DNA of 64,000 nucleotides from Acidimicrobiales bacterium. Its GTDB lineage: Bacteria > Actinomycetota > Acidimicrobiia > Acidimicrobiales > JACDCH01. The translations under genes were made by a program, and so were the position numbers. The stretch is taken from the NCBI GenBank assembly GCA_036493595.1, contig DASXPN010000067.1, positions 4-64,003 of the forward strand, given 5' to 3'. Shown piece by piece: positions 34,661-42,270 of this stretch. Positions within the stretch are counted from its first letter, which is position 1. Each line of letters starts with the position of its first letter. The notes beneath the pieces are model-generated. The model searched no databases. It saw nothing but the letters and a program-made list of their open reading frames with translations, and was not told the origin of the DNA.

Positions 34661-35866
34661 GTGATGCCTGAAGCCGTCATCGTCTCCACCGCCCGCACAC
34701 CGATCGGTCGCGCCAACAAGGGTTCACTCGTCGACTGCCGTCCCGACGACCTCACCGCGCACATCATCAAAGCGGCGCTCGGAAAGGTGCCACAACTCGA
34801 TCCGCAGTCGATCGACGACGTGATCACGGGTTGCGGACAGCCCGGGGGTGAGTCGGGTTACAACGTTGCTCGCGTCGCCGCGATCCTCGCGGGGATGCCC
34901 GACGTGCCGGGCGTGACCGTGAACCGCTACTGCTCGTCGTCGTTGCAGGGCATCCGCATGGCGGCCCACGCGATCAAGGCGGGCGAGGGCGATGCCTTCG
35001 TGTGCGCCGGTGTCGAGACTGTGTCGCGGTTCCAGTTCGGCGCCGCGGACACGGGCCCGCGCAATCCCCAGTTCGCCGAAGCGACCGAGCGCTCGAAGGA
35101 GCGCAGCAACGGCGCGTCGTCGTGGGAACCGCCGGCCGGCCTTCCTGACATCTACATCGCCATGGGCCAGACGGCGGAAAACGTCCGGCTGGCCGAGAAC
35201 GTGGGCCGTCAGGAGATGGACGAGTTCGCCGCTCGGTCGCAGCAGCTGGCGGTCGAGTCGCAGAAGAACGGTTTCTTCGAACGCGAGATCGTCCCGGTGA
35301 CGCTTCCGGACGGCACGGTCGTGGCGAAGGACGACGGCCCTCGCGAAGGCACGACCGCCGAGAAGCTGGCGGAGCTGAAGCCCGTGTTCCGTCCCGACGG
35401 CGAGGTGACCGCCGGCAACGCCTGTCCGCTGAACGACGGCGCCGCCGCCGTGATCGTCATGTCCGACACGAAGGCGAACGAGCTCGGTATCACGCCGCTC
35501 GCTCGCATCGTGGCGTCGGGCGTGTCGGGCCTCAACCCGGAGATCATGGGCCTCGGACCGATCGAGGCCTGCCGCCAGGCGCTGGCCCGAGCCGGCATGA
35601 CGATCGACGAGATCGATCTCGTCGAGATCAACGAGGCGTTCGCCGCGCAGGTCATCCCGTCGGCGAAGCACCTCGGCATCCCGTGGGAGAAGCTCAACGT
35701 CAACGGCGGCTCGATCGCCCTCGGCCACCCCTTCGGCATGACCGGCTCCCGCATCATGACCACCCTGCTCAACGGCCTCGAGGACGCAGACAAGCGCTTC
35801 GGCCTCGAGTCGATGTGCGTCGGCGGCGGCCAGGGCATGGCCATGATCGTCGAGCGCCTCAACTAG
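34661..35866 (+). CDS. Acetyl-CoA C-acyltransferase (thiolase)
   Basis: VIVSTARTPIGRA, VNRYCSSSLQ active-site Cys, NEAFAAQV, GGSIALGHPFGMTG, CVGGGQG. The ATG at 34664 is the likely true start. Confidence 0.9.
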   Translation: MMPEAVIVSTARTPIGRANKGSLVDCRPDDLTAHIIKAALGKVPQLDPQSIDDVITGCGQPGGESGYNVARVAAILAGMPDVPGVTVNRYCSSSLQGIRMAAHAIKAGEGDAFVCAGVETVSRFQFGAADTGPRNPQFAEATERSKERSNGASSWEPPAGLPDIYIAMGQTAENVRLAENVGRQEMDEFAARSQQLAVESQKNGFFEREIVPVTLPDGTVVAKDDGPREGTTAEKLAELKPVFRPDGEVTAGNACPLNDGAAAVIVMSDTKANELGITPLARIVASGVSGLNPEIMGLGPIEACRQALARAGMTIDEIDLVEINEAFAAQVIPSAKHLGIPWEKLNVNGGSIALGHPFGMTGSRIMTTLLNGLEDADKRFGLESMCVGGGQGMAMIVERLN

Positions 35867-36870
35867 CTGAGCGAATGTTGGTTCCATTGTGGGGCTATGG
35901 CCCCACAATGGACCCGGAGTTGGCGGACGAACGACTCGGGCCGACTCACGAGATCGCCGTACTTCACGCGCCAGACCTTCAATCCGAGCGCCGTGAGCCG
36001 GCCGTCACGAGCGCCGTCAGCGGCCTGATCGAGCGGACCATCGTGCCAGGACCCGTCGATCTCGAGGACGAGGCCTGGTTGGCGCCAGAGGAAGTCGACG
36101 TTGCCGATCCACCCGGCCGCGTCGCTCACTGGAACCTGGCGCTCGGGCTCAGGCAGACCGAACGTCTCGACGAGCTCCATCACCAGACTCTCGCCGTCCG
36201 ACTGCGGCGCGACGTAGTGGGGCCCGATCTTGGCCACGAGCTCCCTCGTCACCGCGCTCCCGGGACGACCCCGCTTGCCGATCGTCGCCACCACTCCGGC
36301 GAGTTGTCCCAATGTCAGGCCGCGGCGCGCGAGCGCATCGTTCAGGACACGTGTCATCAACGTCGCGTGAAGTTGCCGGCCGTCGTCGTTGCGCCGGAGA
36401 CCGGGATCGGGATCGCCACACAGGTCGAAACACGTTCGCGCCACCGTCGTCACCGGAAAGCCCGCGACCACCGTGCGGTGAACCGTCGGCATGTCCGCGC
36501 TGCGATGCAGCCGGGCGAGCGTCACCTTGTGATCGTGTTGCTCGCGCCCTGTGACCTCCACTGCGTTGTGGTCGCGGTAGCGCCAGAAGCCGTGGAGTTG
36601 CGCCGCCGACCGGTGACTCAGCACGGCTCCGTCGCCGGCGTCGAACAGTGCCGCCTGCAGCTGTGCATGCCACGTCCACGGATGATCGGTGACCCGGTAG
36701 ATGTCGGGCTTGAGACGGGCAATCCGGCGCGTGCCGACCCGATGGCGAAGTGCGTCGACGGTCACGCCCCGCCGTCGGACCTGCGCGCCCGTCAGCACAC
36801 CGTGCTGCGCCAGCCCCAGATTGGTAATGATCTCGTCCACTTCCCGTGCATTCACATGTATTTCATACAC
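35863..36870 (-). CDS. AbiEi-N-like winged-helix plus DUF559 (Vsr/restriction-endonuclease-like) domain protein
   Basis: N-terminus LAQHGVLTGAQVRRRGVTVDALRHRVGTRRIARLKPDIYRV. C-terminus VDFLWRQPGLVLEIDGSWHDGPLDQAADGARDGRLTALGLKVWRV. GTG start lies in an unusually AT-rich stretch. The last ~18 codons are encoded by REP copy C. Confidence 0.7.
   Translation of the reverse strand: MYEIHVNAREVDEIITNLGLAQHGVLTGAQVRRRGVTVDALRHRVGTRRIARLKPDIYRVTDHPWTWHAQLQAALFDAGDGAVLSHRSAAQLHGFWRYRDHNAVEVTGREQHDHKVTLARLHRSADMPTVHRTVVAGFPVTTVARTCFDLCGDPDPGLRRNDDGRQLHATLMTRVLNDALARRGLTLGQLAGVVATIGKRGRPGSAVTRELVAKIGPHYVAPQSDGESLVMELVETFGLPEPERQVPVSDAAGWIGNVDFLWRQPGLVLEIDGSWHDGPLDQAADGARDGRLTALGLKVWRVKYGDLVSRPESFVRQLRVHCGAIAPQWNQHSLS
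35873..35921 (+). repeat. REP-like palindromic element, copy C
   Basis: GAATGTTGGTTCCATTGTGGGGCTATGGCCCCACAATGGACCCGGAGTT. Begins 7 nt after the thiolase stop and lies inside the 3' end of the convergent DUF559 ORF. Confidence 0.9.
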
Positions 36871-36884
36871 CGTCCGTCAACACC

Positions 36885-36934
36885 GAACCGCGGGTCCATT
36901 CCGGGGCCATGGCCCCGGAATGGCACCAACATTC
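36885..36934 (-). repeat. REP-like palindromic element, copy D
   Basis: The reverse complement reads GAATGTTGGTGCCATTCCGGGGCCATGGCCCCGGAATGGACCCGCGGTTC. Its core is a perfect 28-nt palindrome. Lies 15 nt upstream of the DUF559 start. Confidence 0.9.
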
Positions 36935-36967
36935 GGGCTGGAGGGCGGCGAGGTGCCGTCGACGGGA

Positions 36968-37885
36968 CTAGGCGCCGTAGACGGGGCGGGGGGTGGGTGA
37001 CTGGGCCAGCAGGGCGGGGATCACCGGCGTGAGCTCGGCCGGGTCCCAGCGGGCGCCGATGTCCTCGGCGGCCCTCACCTGCCAGCCGTCGGCGACGGCG
37101 ACCTTGCCGCCCTCGACTTCGAAGACGCGGCCGGTCACGTCCCGCGACAGGGTCGAGCCGAGCCACACCACCAGAGGCGAGATGTTCTCCGGTGCCATCG
37201 CGTCGAATGAACCTGACCCTTCCGCGGGCGCAGCCATCATCTCGGCGAAGGCGGTTTCGGTCATGCGGGTCCGCGCCGAGGGTGCGATCGCGTTCGCGGT
37301 CACGCCGTAACGACCGAGCTCGGCGGACTGCACCATCGTGAGTCCGGCGATGCCCGCTTTCGCGGCCGAGTACGCGGCTTGGCCGACCGAACCGAGCAGG
37401 CCCGCGCCCGACGTCGTGTTGACGATGCGGGCGTCGACCGTCTCGGGTCCTGACGACTTCGCGATGTCGCGCCAGTACGCGGCCGCCCAGCGCGCCACGC
37501 AGAAGTGTCCCTTCAAGTGGACGCGCACGACCGCGTCCCACTCGTCCTCCGTCGCGTTGACGAACATGCGGTCGCGCACGAACCCGGCGTTGTTGACGAC
37601 GACGTCCAAGCCGCCGAACGTCGAGACGGCGGTGTTGACCAACCGCTGCGCCCCCTCCCAGTCGGCCACGTCGTCGCCGTTGACGACGGCACGACCACCG
37701 AGGCCGTCGACGATCTCCTCGACGACCTCCTGCGCGGGCGACGCGGATCCACCCGTGCCGTCGAGCTCGGCCCCGATGTCGTTCACGACGACGGCCGCAC
37801 CCTGGCGGGCGAACTCGAGCGCGTGGGCGCGGCCGATCCCTCGGCCCGCACCGGTCACGATGACAACTCGGCCCTCACAGATCAT
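36968..37885 (-). CDS. SDR oxidoreductase (paralog of 14059-14970)
   Basis: RVVIVTGAGRGIGRAHALEFARQGAAVVVNDIG, VVVNNAGFVRD, YSAAKAGIAGL. Confidence 0.8.
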   Translation of the reverse strand: MICEGRVVIVTGAGRGIGRAHALEFARQGAAVVVNDIGAELDGTGGSASPAQEVVEEIVDGLGGRAVVNGDDVADWEGAQRLVNTAVSTFGGLDVVVNNAGFVRDRMFVNATEDEWDAVVRVHLKGHFCVARWAAAYWRDIAKSSGPETVDARIVNTTSGAGLLGSVGQAAYSAAKAGIAGLTMVQSAELGRYGVTANAIAPSARTRMTETAFAEMMAAPAEGSGSFDAMAPENISPLVVWLGSTLSRDVTGRVFEVEGGKVAVADGWQVRAAEDIGARWDPAELTPVIPALLAQSPTPRPVYGA

Positions 37886-37953
37886 GGCGGGCGATGGTAC
37901 GGCAGCATGCGCGGCGCGGCGGAAGGTTCGGACCGTCTGGAAGACTCCGGCCC

Positions 37954-38805
37954 ATGCGCTACGGGGTCACGATGTTCGTCACCGACGTGTCCATGGGAAT
38001 GATCGAGTTGACGCAGGCCGCGTCCGAACGGGGCCTCGACTCGGTCTGGCTCCCCGAACACACGCACATCCCCACGAGTCGCCGCACGCCGTACCCGGGT
38101 ACCGCCGACGGCCAGCTTCCCGACGAGTACCGGCGCTGCCTCGACCCTTTCGTCGCGCTCACGGCCGCGGCGATGGCGGCGCCGACGATCCGAGTCGGCA
38201 CCGGCATCCTGCTCGTCGCGCAACACGATCCGATCGTCGCGGCGAAGGCGGCCGCCACCCTCGACCTCATCTCGAACGGACGGCTCTCGCTCGGCATCGG
38301 GTTCGGTTGGAACGAGGACGAGATGAACGACCACGGCGTCGAGTACCGAACGCGCCGCGCCAAGGCTCGAGAGCACGTCCTCGCCATGCGCCAGCTCTGG
38401 ACTGAGGAAACGGCGAGCTTCCACGGCGAGTACGTGCAGTTCGAGTCGACGTGGCAGTGGCCCAAGCCGGTGCAGCGCAACGGGCCACCGGTGCTCATCG
38501 GGGGCGCGGCGGGGCCGAAGTTGTTCGAGCACATCGCCGACTACGCGGACGGTTGGATCCCGATCGGCGGCCGCGGCCTCACTGCCGCCCTCCCCGAACT
38601 GCGTGAGGTCGTCGCCGCGCACGGGCGCGACCCGGATGACCTCGAGATCGTTCCGTTCGGATCGATTCCCGACCACGGCAAGCTCGATCACTTCGAGTCG
38701 ATCGGTGTGACCGAGTGCGTGTTCATGTTGCCATCCGCCCCCGCCGATCAGATTCTGCCGCTGCTCGACAAGCAGGCGACGATCGTGGCCGAACGGCGAG
38801 CGTGA
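37954..38805 (+). CDS. LLM-class F420-dependent oxidoreductase
   Basis: MRYGVTMF..LDSVWLPEHTHIP..GTGILLVAQHDPIVAAKAAATLDLISNGRLSLGIGFGWN. Confidence 0.8.
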   Translation: MRYGVTMFVTDVSMGMIELTQAASERGLDSVWLPEHTHIPTSRRTPYPGTADGQLPDEYRRCLDPFVALTAAAMAAPTIRVGTGILLVAQHDPIVAAKAAATLDLISNGRLSLGIGFGWNEDEMNDHGVEYRTRRAKAREHVLAMRQLWTEETASFHGEYVQFESTWQWPKPVQRNGPPVLIGGAAGPKLFEHIADYADGWIPIGGRGLTAALPELREVVAAHGRDPDDLEIVPFGSIPDHGKLDHFESIGVTECVFMLPSAPADQILPLLDKQATIVAERRA

Positions 38806-39350
38806 CCAACGGCGACCCGACGGCCGATCCCGCACCCGCACTCACAACCTCGACCTCGACCTCGGCACCGTTGCGCATCTGCTTCGTTTGCTGGGGGAAC
38901 ATCTGTCGCTCGCCCGCGGCGGAGGCGATCATGCGTCGACTGGTGGACGAAGCCGGGCTCTCCGACCGCATCGCGGTGGACAGCGCCGGCACGAGTGGCG
39001 AGCACCTCGGCGAGCCCCCGGATCGGCGCACGATCAAGGAGGCCCGCCGCCGCGGGCTCGACGTCGAACACCATCGCGTGTGGCGGTTCGACACCGGCGA
39101 CTTCGCTCGGTTCGATCTCGTTGCGGTCGTCGACCGCGCGAACGAGCAACGGCTGCACCAGCGAGCCGACACGGACGTTGCCGCGGCGAAGGTGAAGTTG
39201 CTGCGCTCGTACGTCGCCGATGATCCCTACGACGGGGAGATCCCCGACCCCTGGTACGGCGGCACCGAGGACTTCGTCCTCGCGTTCGATCTGATCGAAG
39301 AAGCGTGCGTCGCGCTCCTCGAGCAACTGCGGTGCGACCTGTCTTCGTGA
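38802..39350 (+). CDS. Low-molecular-weight protein-tyrosine phosphatase
   Basis: CX5R(S) loop ICFVCWGNICRSPAAE and the DPWYG Asp loop. GTG at 38802 overlaps the LLM stop (GTGA). Confidence 0.85.
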   Translation: MTNGDPTADPAPALTTSTSTSAPLRICFVCWGNICRSPAAEAIMRRLVDEAGLSDRIAVDSAGTSGEHLGEPPDRRTIKEARRRGLDVEHHRVWRFDTGDFARFDLVAVVDRANEQRLHQRADTDVAAAKVKLLRSYVADDPYDGEIPDPWYGGTEDFVLAFDLIEEACVALLEQLRCDLSS

Positions 39351-40081
39351 AGTCGCGCGTCGACGCGCCGCCCGACTTCTTTGCCGCCGAAGCCGCGGGA
39401 CTGCGATGGCTCGCCGAGGCAACGCCGCACGGTGGTCCACGAGTGCCGACCGTCATCGACGTCAGCGAGCACGCGATCGAGATGGAACGCGTCGCGACCG
39501 GACCGTGGTCGCCGCACGCTGACGACGTGTTCGGCCGAGCGCTGGCCGCCATGCACACACTCGGCGCGTCGTCGTTCGGCGCACCCGCGAACGGCTACAT
39601 CGGACCGCTCCCGCTCGACAACACACCGTCCGACGACTGGCCGTCGTTCTACGCGACGAGACGCATCGAGCCGTATCTGCGGGACGCGATCGACGGCGGC
39701 TCGATGCCCGCATCCGCGGTCTCGACGTTCGACCGGTTGTGCGCGCGCTTGGACGATCTCGCCGGCCCGACCGAGCCACCAGCGCGCATCCACGGCGACC
39801 TGTGGCGCGGCAACGTCCTCGCGGACACCGAGGCCAACCCGTGGGTGATCGACCCGGCTGCTCACGGCGGACACCGCGAGACCGACCTCGCCATGATGCG
39901 CCTCTTCGGCGGCTTCGGACCTCGGTGCTACGCCGCCTACGAGGAGGCAAGCCCACTCGCCGCCGATCACGAAGACCGTGTCGCGCTGCACCAGTTGCAT
40001 CCCCTGCTCGTGCACGCCGTCCTGTTCGGCAGCAGCTACGGCGCCGATGCGCTCCGGCTCGCCCGCCGTTACGTCTCCTGA
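39332..40081 (+). CDS. Fructosamine/ketosamine-3-kinase family protein
   Basis: FVKSR..FFAAEAAGLRWL, IHGDLWRGNVL, VIDPAAHGGHRETDLAMM. Start is GTG 39332, or GTG 39347 overlapping the PTP stop. Confidence 0.8.
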   Translation: MRPVFVKSRVDAPPDFFAAEAAGLRWLAEATPHGGPRVPTVIDVSEHAIEMERVATGPWSPHADDVFGRALAAMHTLGASSFGAPANGYIGPLPLDNTPSDDWPSFYATRRIEPYLRDAIDGGSMPASAVSTFDRLCARLDDLAGPTEPPARIHGDLWRGNVLADTEANPWVIDPAAHGGHRETDLAMMRLFGGFGPRCYAAYEEASPLAADHEDRVALHQLHPLLVHAVLFGSSYGADALRLARRYVS

Positions 40082-40123
40082 CGCGGCGTCTCCCGGGAGC
40101 GATCTCCGCGCGAGAGTGAGGCC

Positions 40124-40963
40124 ATGCGCTTCGCCATCAAGACCTCACCCCAGCACACGACGTATGCCGACATGCTCGCCGTGTGGCAGGCGGCTGACGA
40201 CATCGAGCTGTTCGAGTCGGGGTGGACGTTCGATCACTTCTATCCGATCTTCTCGGACCACACGGGCCCCTGCCTCGAGGGCTGGGTGACCACAACCGCG
40301 CTCGCGCAGGCGACGAAGCGGTTGCGGGTGGGCGTGCTCGTGACCGGCAACGTGTACCGGCATCCCGCAGTGCTGGCGAACATGGCGGCCAGCCTCGACG
40401 TGATCTCGAACGGCCGGCTCGAGTTCGGCATCGGCGCCGGTTGGAACCAGCAGGAATGCGACGCGTACGGCATCGAGCTCCCACCGCTGCGCCAGCGCTT
40501 CGACATGTTCGACGAGGCCGTGGAGGTCATGGTCAAGCTGCTGACGGAGACAAAGGCCGACTTCGCCGGCAAGCACTACCAACTCACGGAGGCGTACTGC
40601 GAGCCCAAGCCCGTGCAGCAACCGCATCCTCCGATCGTCATCGGCGGTGGTGGTGAGAAGCGGACGTTGCGCACGGTTGCACGGTGGGCGCAGCACTGGA
40701 ACGTGCCCGGCGGCGGCGTGGACGTCTTCACCCACAAGCGCGACGTGTTGCACGTGCATTGCAAGGACATCGGGCGCGACCCGAGCGAGATCATGACGTC
40801 GACCCACTTGCGGCTCGACCCGAACAACATCGACTCGATCGTGGCGGAAGCGTCGGCGTTCGCCGAAGTCGGGCTCGATCTCGGCATCGTCTCCCTCCCG
40901 CCGCCGCACACGCCGGCCGTGCTCGAGCCACTCGCGAACGCGCTGGCGCCGCTGGCCGGTTGA
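40124..40963 (+). CDS. LLM-class F420-dependent oxidoreductase (Rv1855c-type)
   Basis: FESGWTFDHFYPI, LRVGVLVTGNVYRHPAVLANMAASLDVISNGRLEFGIGAGWN. Confidence 0.8.
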   Translation: MRFAIKTSPQHTTYADMLAVWQAADDIELFESGWTFDHFYPIFSDHTGPCLEGWVTTTALAQATKRLRVGVLVTGNVYRHPAVLANMAASLDVISNGRLEFGIGAGWNQQECDAYGIELPPLRQRFDMFDEAVEVMVKLLTETKADFAGKHYQLTEAYCEPKPVQQPHPPIVIGGGGEKRTLRTVARWAQHWNVPGGGVDVFTHKRDVLHVHCKDIGRDPSEIMTSTHLRLDPNNIDSIVAEASAFAEVGLDLGIVSLPPPHTPAVLEPLANALAPLAG

Positions 40964-41754
40964 TCCCCGTCGAAGACCCGGACGATCCTCGCCTCGACGA
41001 CTTTCGGGGCCTCCGTCTGCGCGAGGACCGTCACCTCGACCACTTCGTCATCGAGGGATACGCGGCCGTGGCCGAGCTGCTGCATTCGCCGTACACACCA
41101 CGGGCGGTGCTCGTGCTCGACCGCAAGGCGGCGCGGATCGAGCCGCTGGTCGACGGGTTCGACCGTCTCGATGTGCCCGTCTACGTCGCGCCCGAGTCCG
41201 TGATGCGCACGACGATGGGCTTCAACCTGCATCGCGGCATCATCGCCTCGGCCCATCGCACGGCGTTGCCCGACGCCGAGTCGTTGCTCGAGCGGGCCTC
41301 GAGCGTTGCCGTCCTCGAGCGCCTCAACGATCACGAGAACCTCGGCTCGCTGTTCCGCAACGCGCGCGCCTTCGGGATCGACGCGGTGTTGCTCGATCCG
41401 CAGACGGCCGACCCGCTCTACCGCCGGTGCGTACGGGTCTCGATGGGACACGTGCTGCGCGTCCCGTTCGCTCGCTTCGACGCATGGCCCGACGGCGTCG
41501 ACCTGATGCAGTCGCTCGGTTTCACGGTGGTCGCGCTCACGCCATCGCGTGACGCGATGTCGATCGACGAGGTGGCGACATCACGTCCCGACAAGGTCGC
41601 CATCCTTCTCGGCGCCGAAGGGCCGGGACTGGACGACGAGTCGCTCGTGCGGGCCGACATGTGCGTCCGCGTCCCGATGGCGGACGACGTGGACTCGTTG
41701 AACGTCGCCACCGCCGCCGCCATCGCGTTCCACCGCCTCGTGCCGGGCTCCTGA
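40960..41754 (+). CDS. TrmH/SpoU-family RNA 2'-O-methyltransferase
   Basis: DPRLDDFRGL, LERLNDHENLGSLFRNARAFG, AILLGAEGPGL, VPMADDVDSLNVATAAAIAF. Apparent TTG start overlaps the LLM stop (TTGA). Confidence 0.75.
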   Translation: MIPVEDPDDPRLDDFRGLRLREDRHLDHFVIEGYAAVAELLHSPYTPRAVLVLDRKAARIEPLVDGFDRLDVPVYVAPESVMRTTMGFNLHRGIIASAHRTALPDAESLLERASSVAVLERLNDHENLGSLFRNARAFGIDAVLLDPQTADPLYRRCVRVSMGHVLRVPFARFDAWPDGVDLMQSLGFTVVALTPSRDAMSIDEVATSRPDKVAILLGAEGPGLDDESLVRADMCVRVPMADDVDSLNVATAAAIAFHRLVPGS

Positions 41755-41758
41755 CTGC

Positions 41759-41818
41759 GAATGTTGGTTCGATTGTGGGGCCATAGCCCCGCAATGGACC
41801 CGGAGTTCGGGTCCATTC
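41759..41818 (+). repeat. REP-like palindromic element, copy E, plus a short inverted partial arm
   Basis: GAATGTTGGTTCGATTGTGGGGCCATAGCCCCGCAATGGACCCGGAGTTC followed by GGGTCCATT. This makes a second small hairpin, GGACCCG-GAGTT-CGGGTCC. Lies between convergent genes. Confidence 0.85.
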
Positions 41819-42265
41819 TCAGGCGAGGCCGGTGGCGTCAAAGATCCAGGCGAGGTCGGACTCGGCGAGGTGGTCGTGCCACCACTGCGGAGCGCCGTCC
41901 ATGAGGGTCGGCTGGTTCCAGTAGTCCTTCCACAACGCGATGCGCCTGTCGCGCACATGCTGGACCGACACGAACGGCAACTCGACCCGCTCGCCGGTCG
42001 GGAACTCCCACACCTCGATGTGCTCGGTCATCGTGACGTCGCCGGTGGTGACAGTCGTGACCGAGTGGTGCGAGATCGATGACAGCGGGTCGAAGCCCAA
42101 ACGGATGCGAGCTTCGATGTCCTTCGGGCCGCGGGCGGCCGCGAACGCACCGACCGGGACGTCGTAGTAGATGGCGTCGTCGCTGAAGCACTGGTCGAGA
42201 CGGTCCCAGTCGCGCGCGTACAGCGCGTCCCACATCTCACCGATGACCGCCGGGACCTCGTTCAT
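41819..42265 (-). CDS. SnoaL/NTF2-like protein (limonene-1,2-epoxide hydrolase-like)
   Basis: 148 aa. IGEMWDALYARDWDRLDQCFSDDAIYYDVP..IALWKDYWN pattern of NTF2-fold enzymes. Confidence 0.6.
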   Translation of the reverse strand: MNEVPAVIGEMWDALYARDWDRLDQCFSDDAIYYDVPVGAFAAARGPKDIEARIRLGFDPLSSISHHSVTTVTTGDVTMTEHIEVWEFPTGERVELPFVSVQHVRDRRIALWKDYWNQPTLMDGAPQWWHDHLAESDLAWIFDATGLA

Positions 42266-42270
42266 CGCGG

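Noticed and set aside
35850-36950. Target-site duplications flanking the REP-C ... REP-D pair, which would prove transposition of the DUF559 unit.
   Set aside because: The outer flanks (..GCTGAGCG | and | CGGGCTGGAG..) share only a few bases, so there is no convincing direct repeat.
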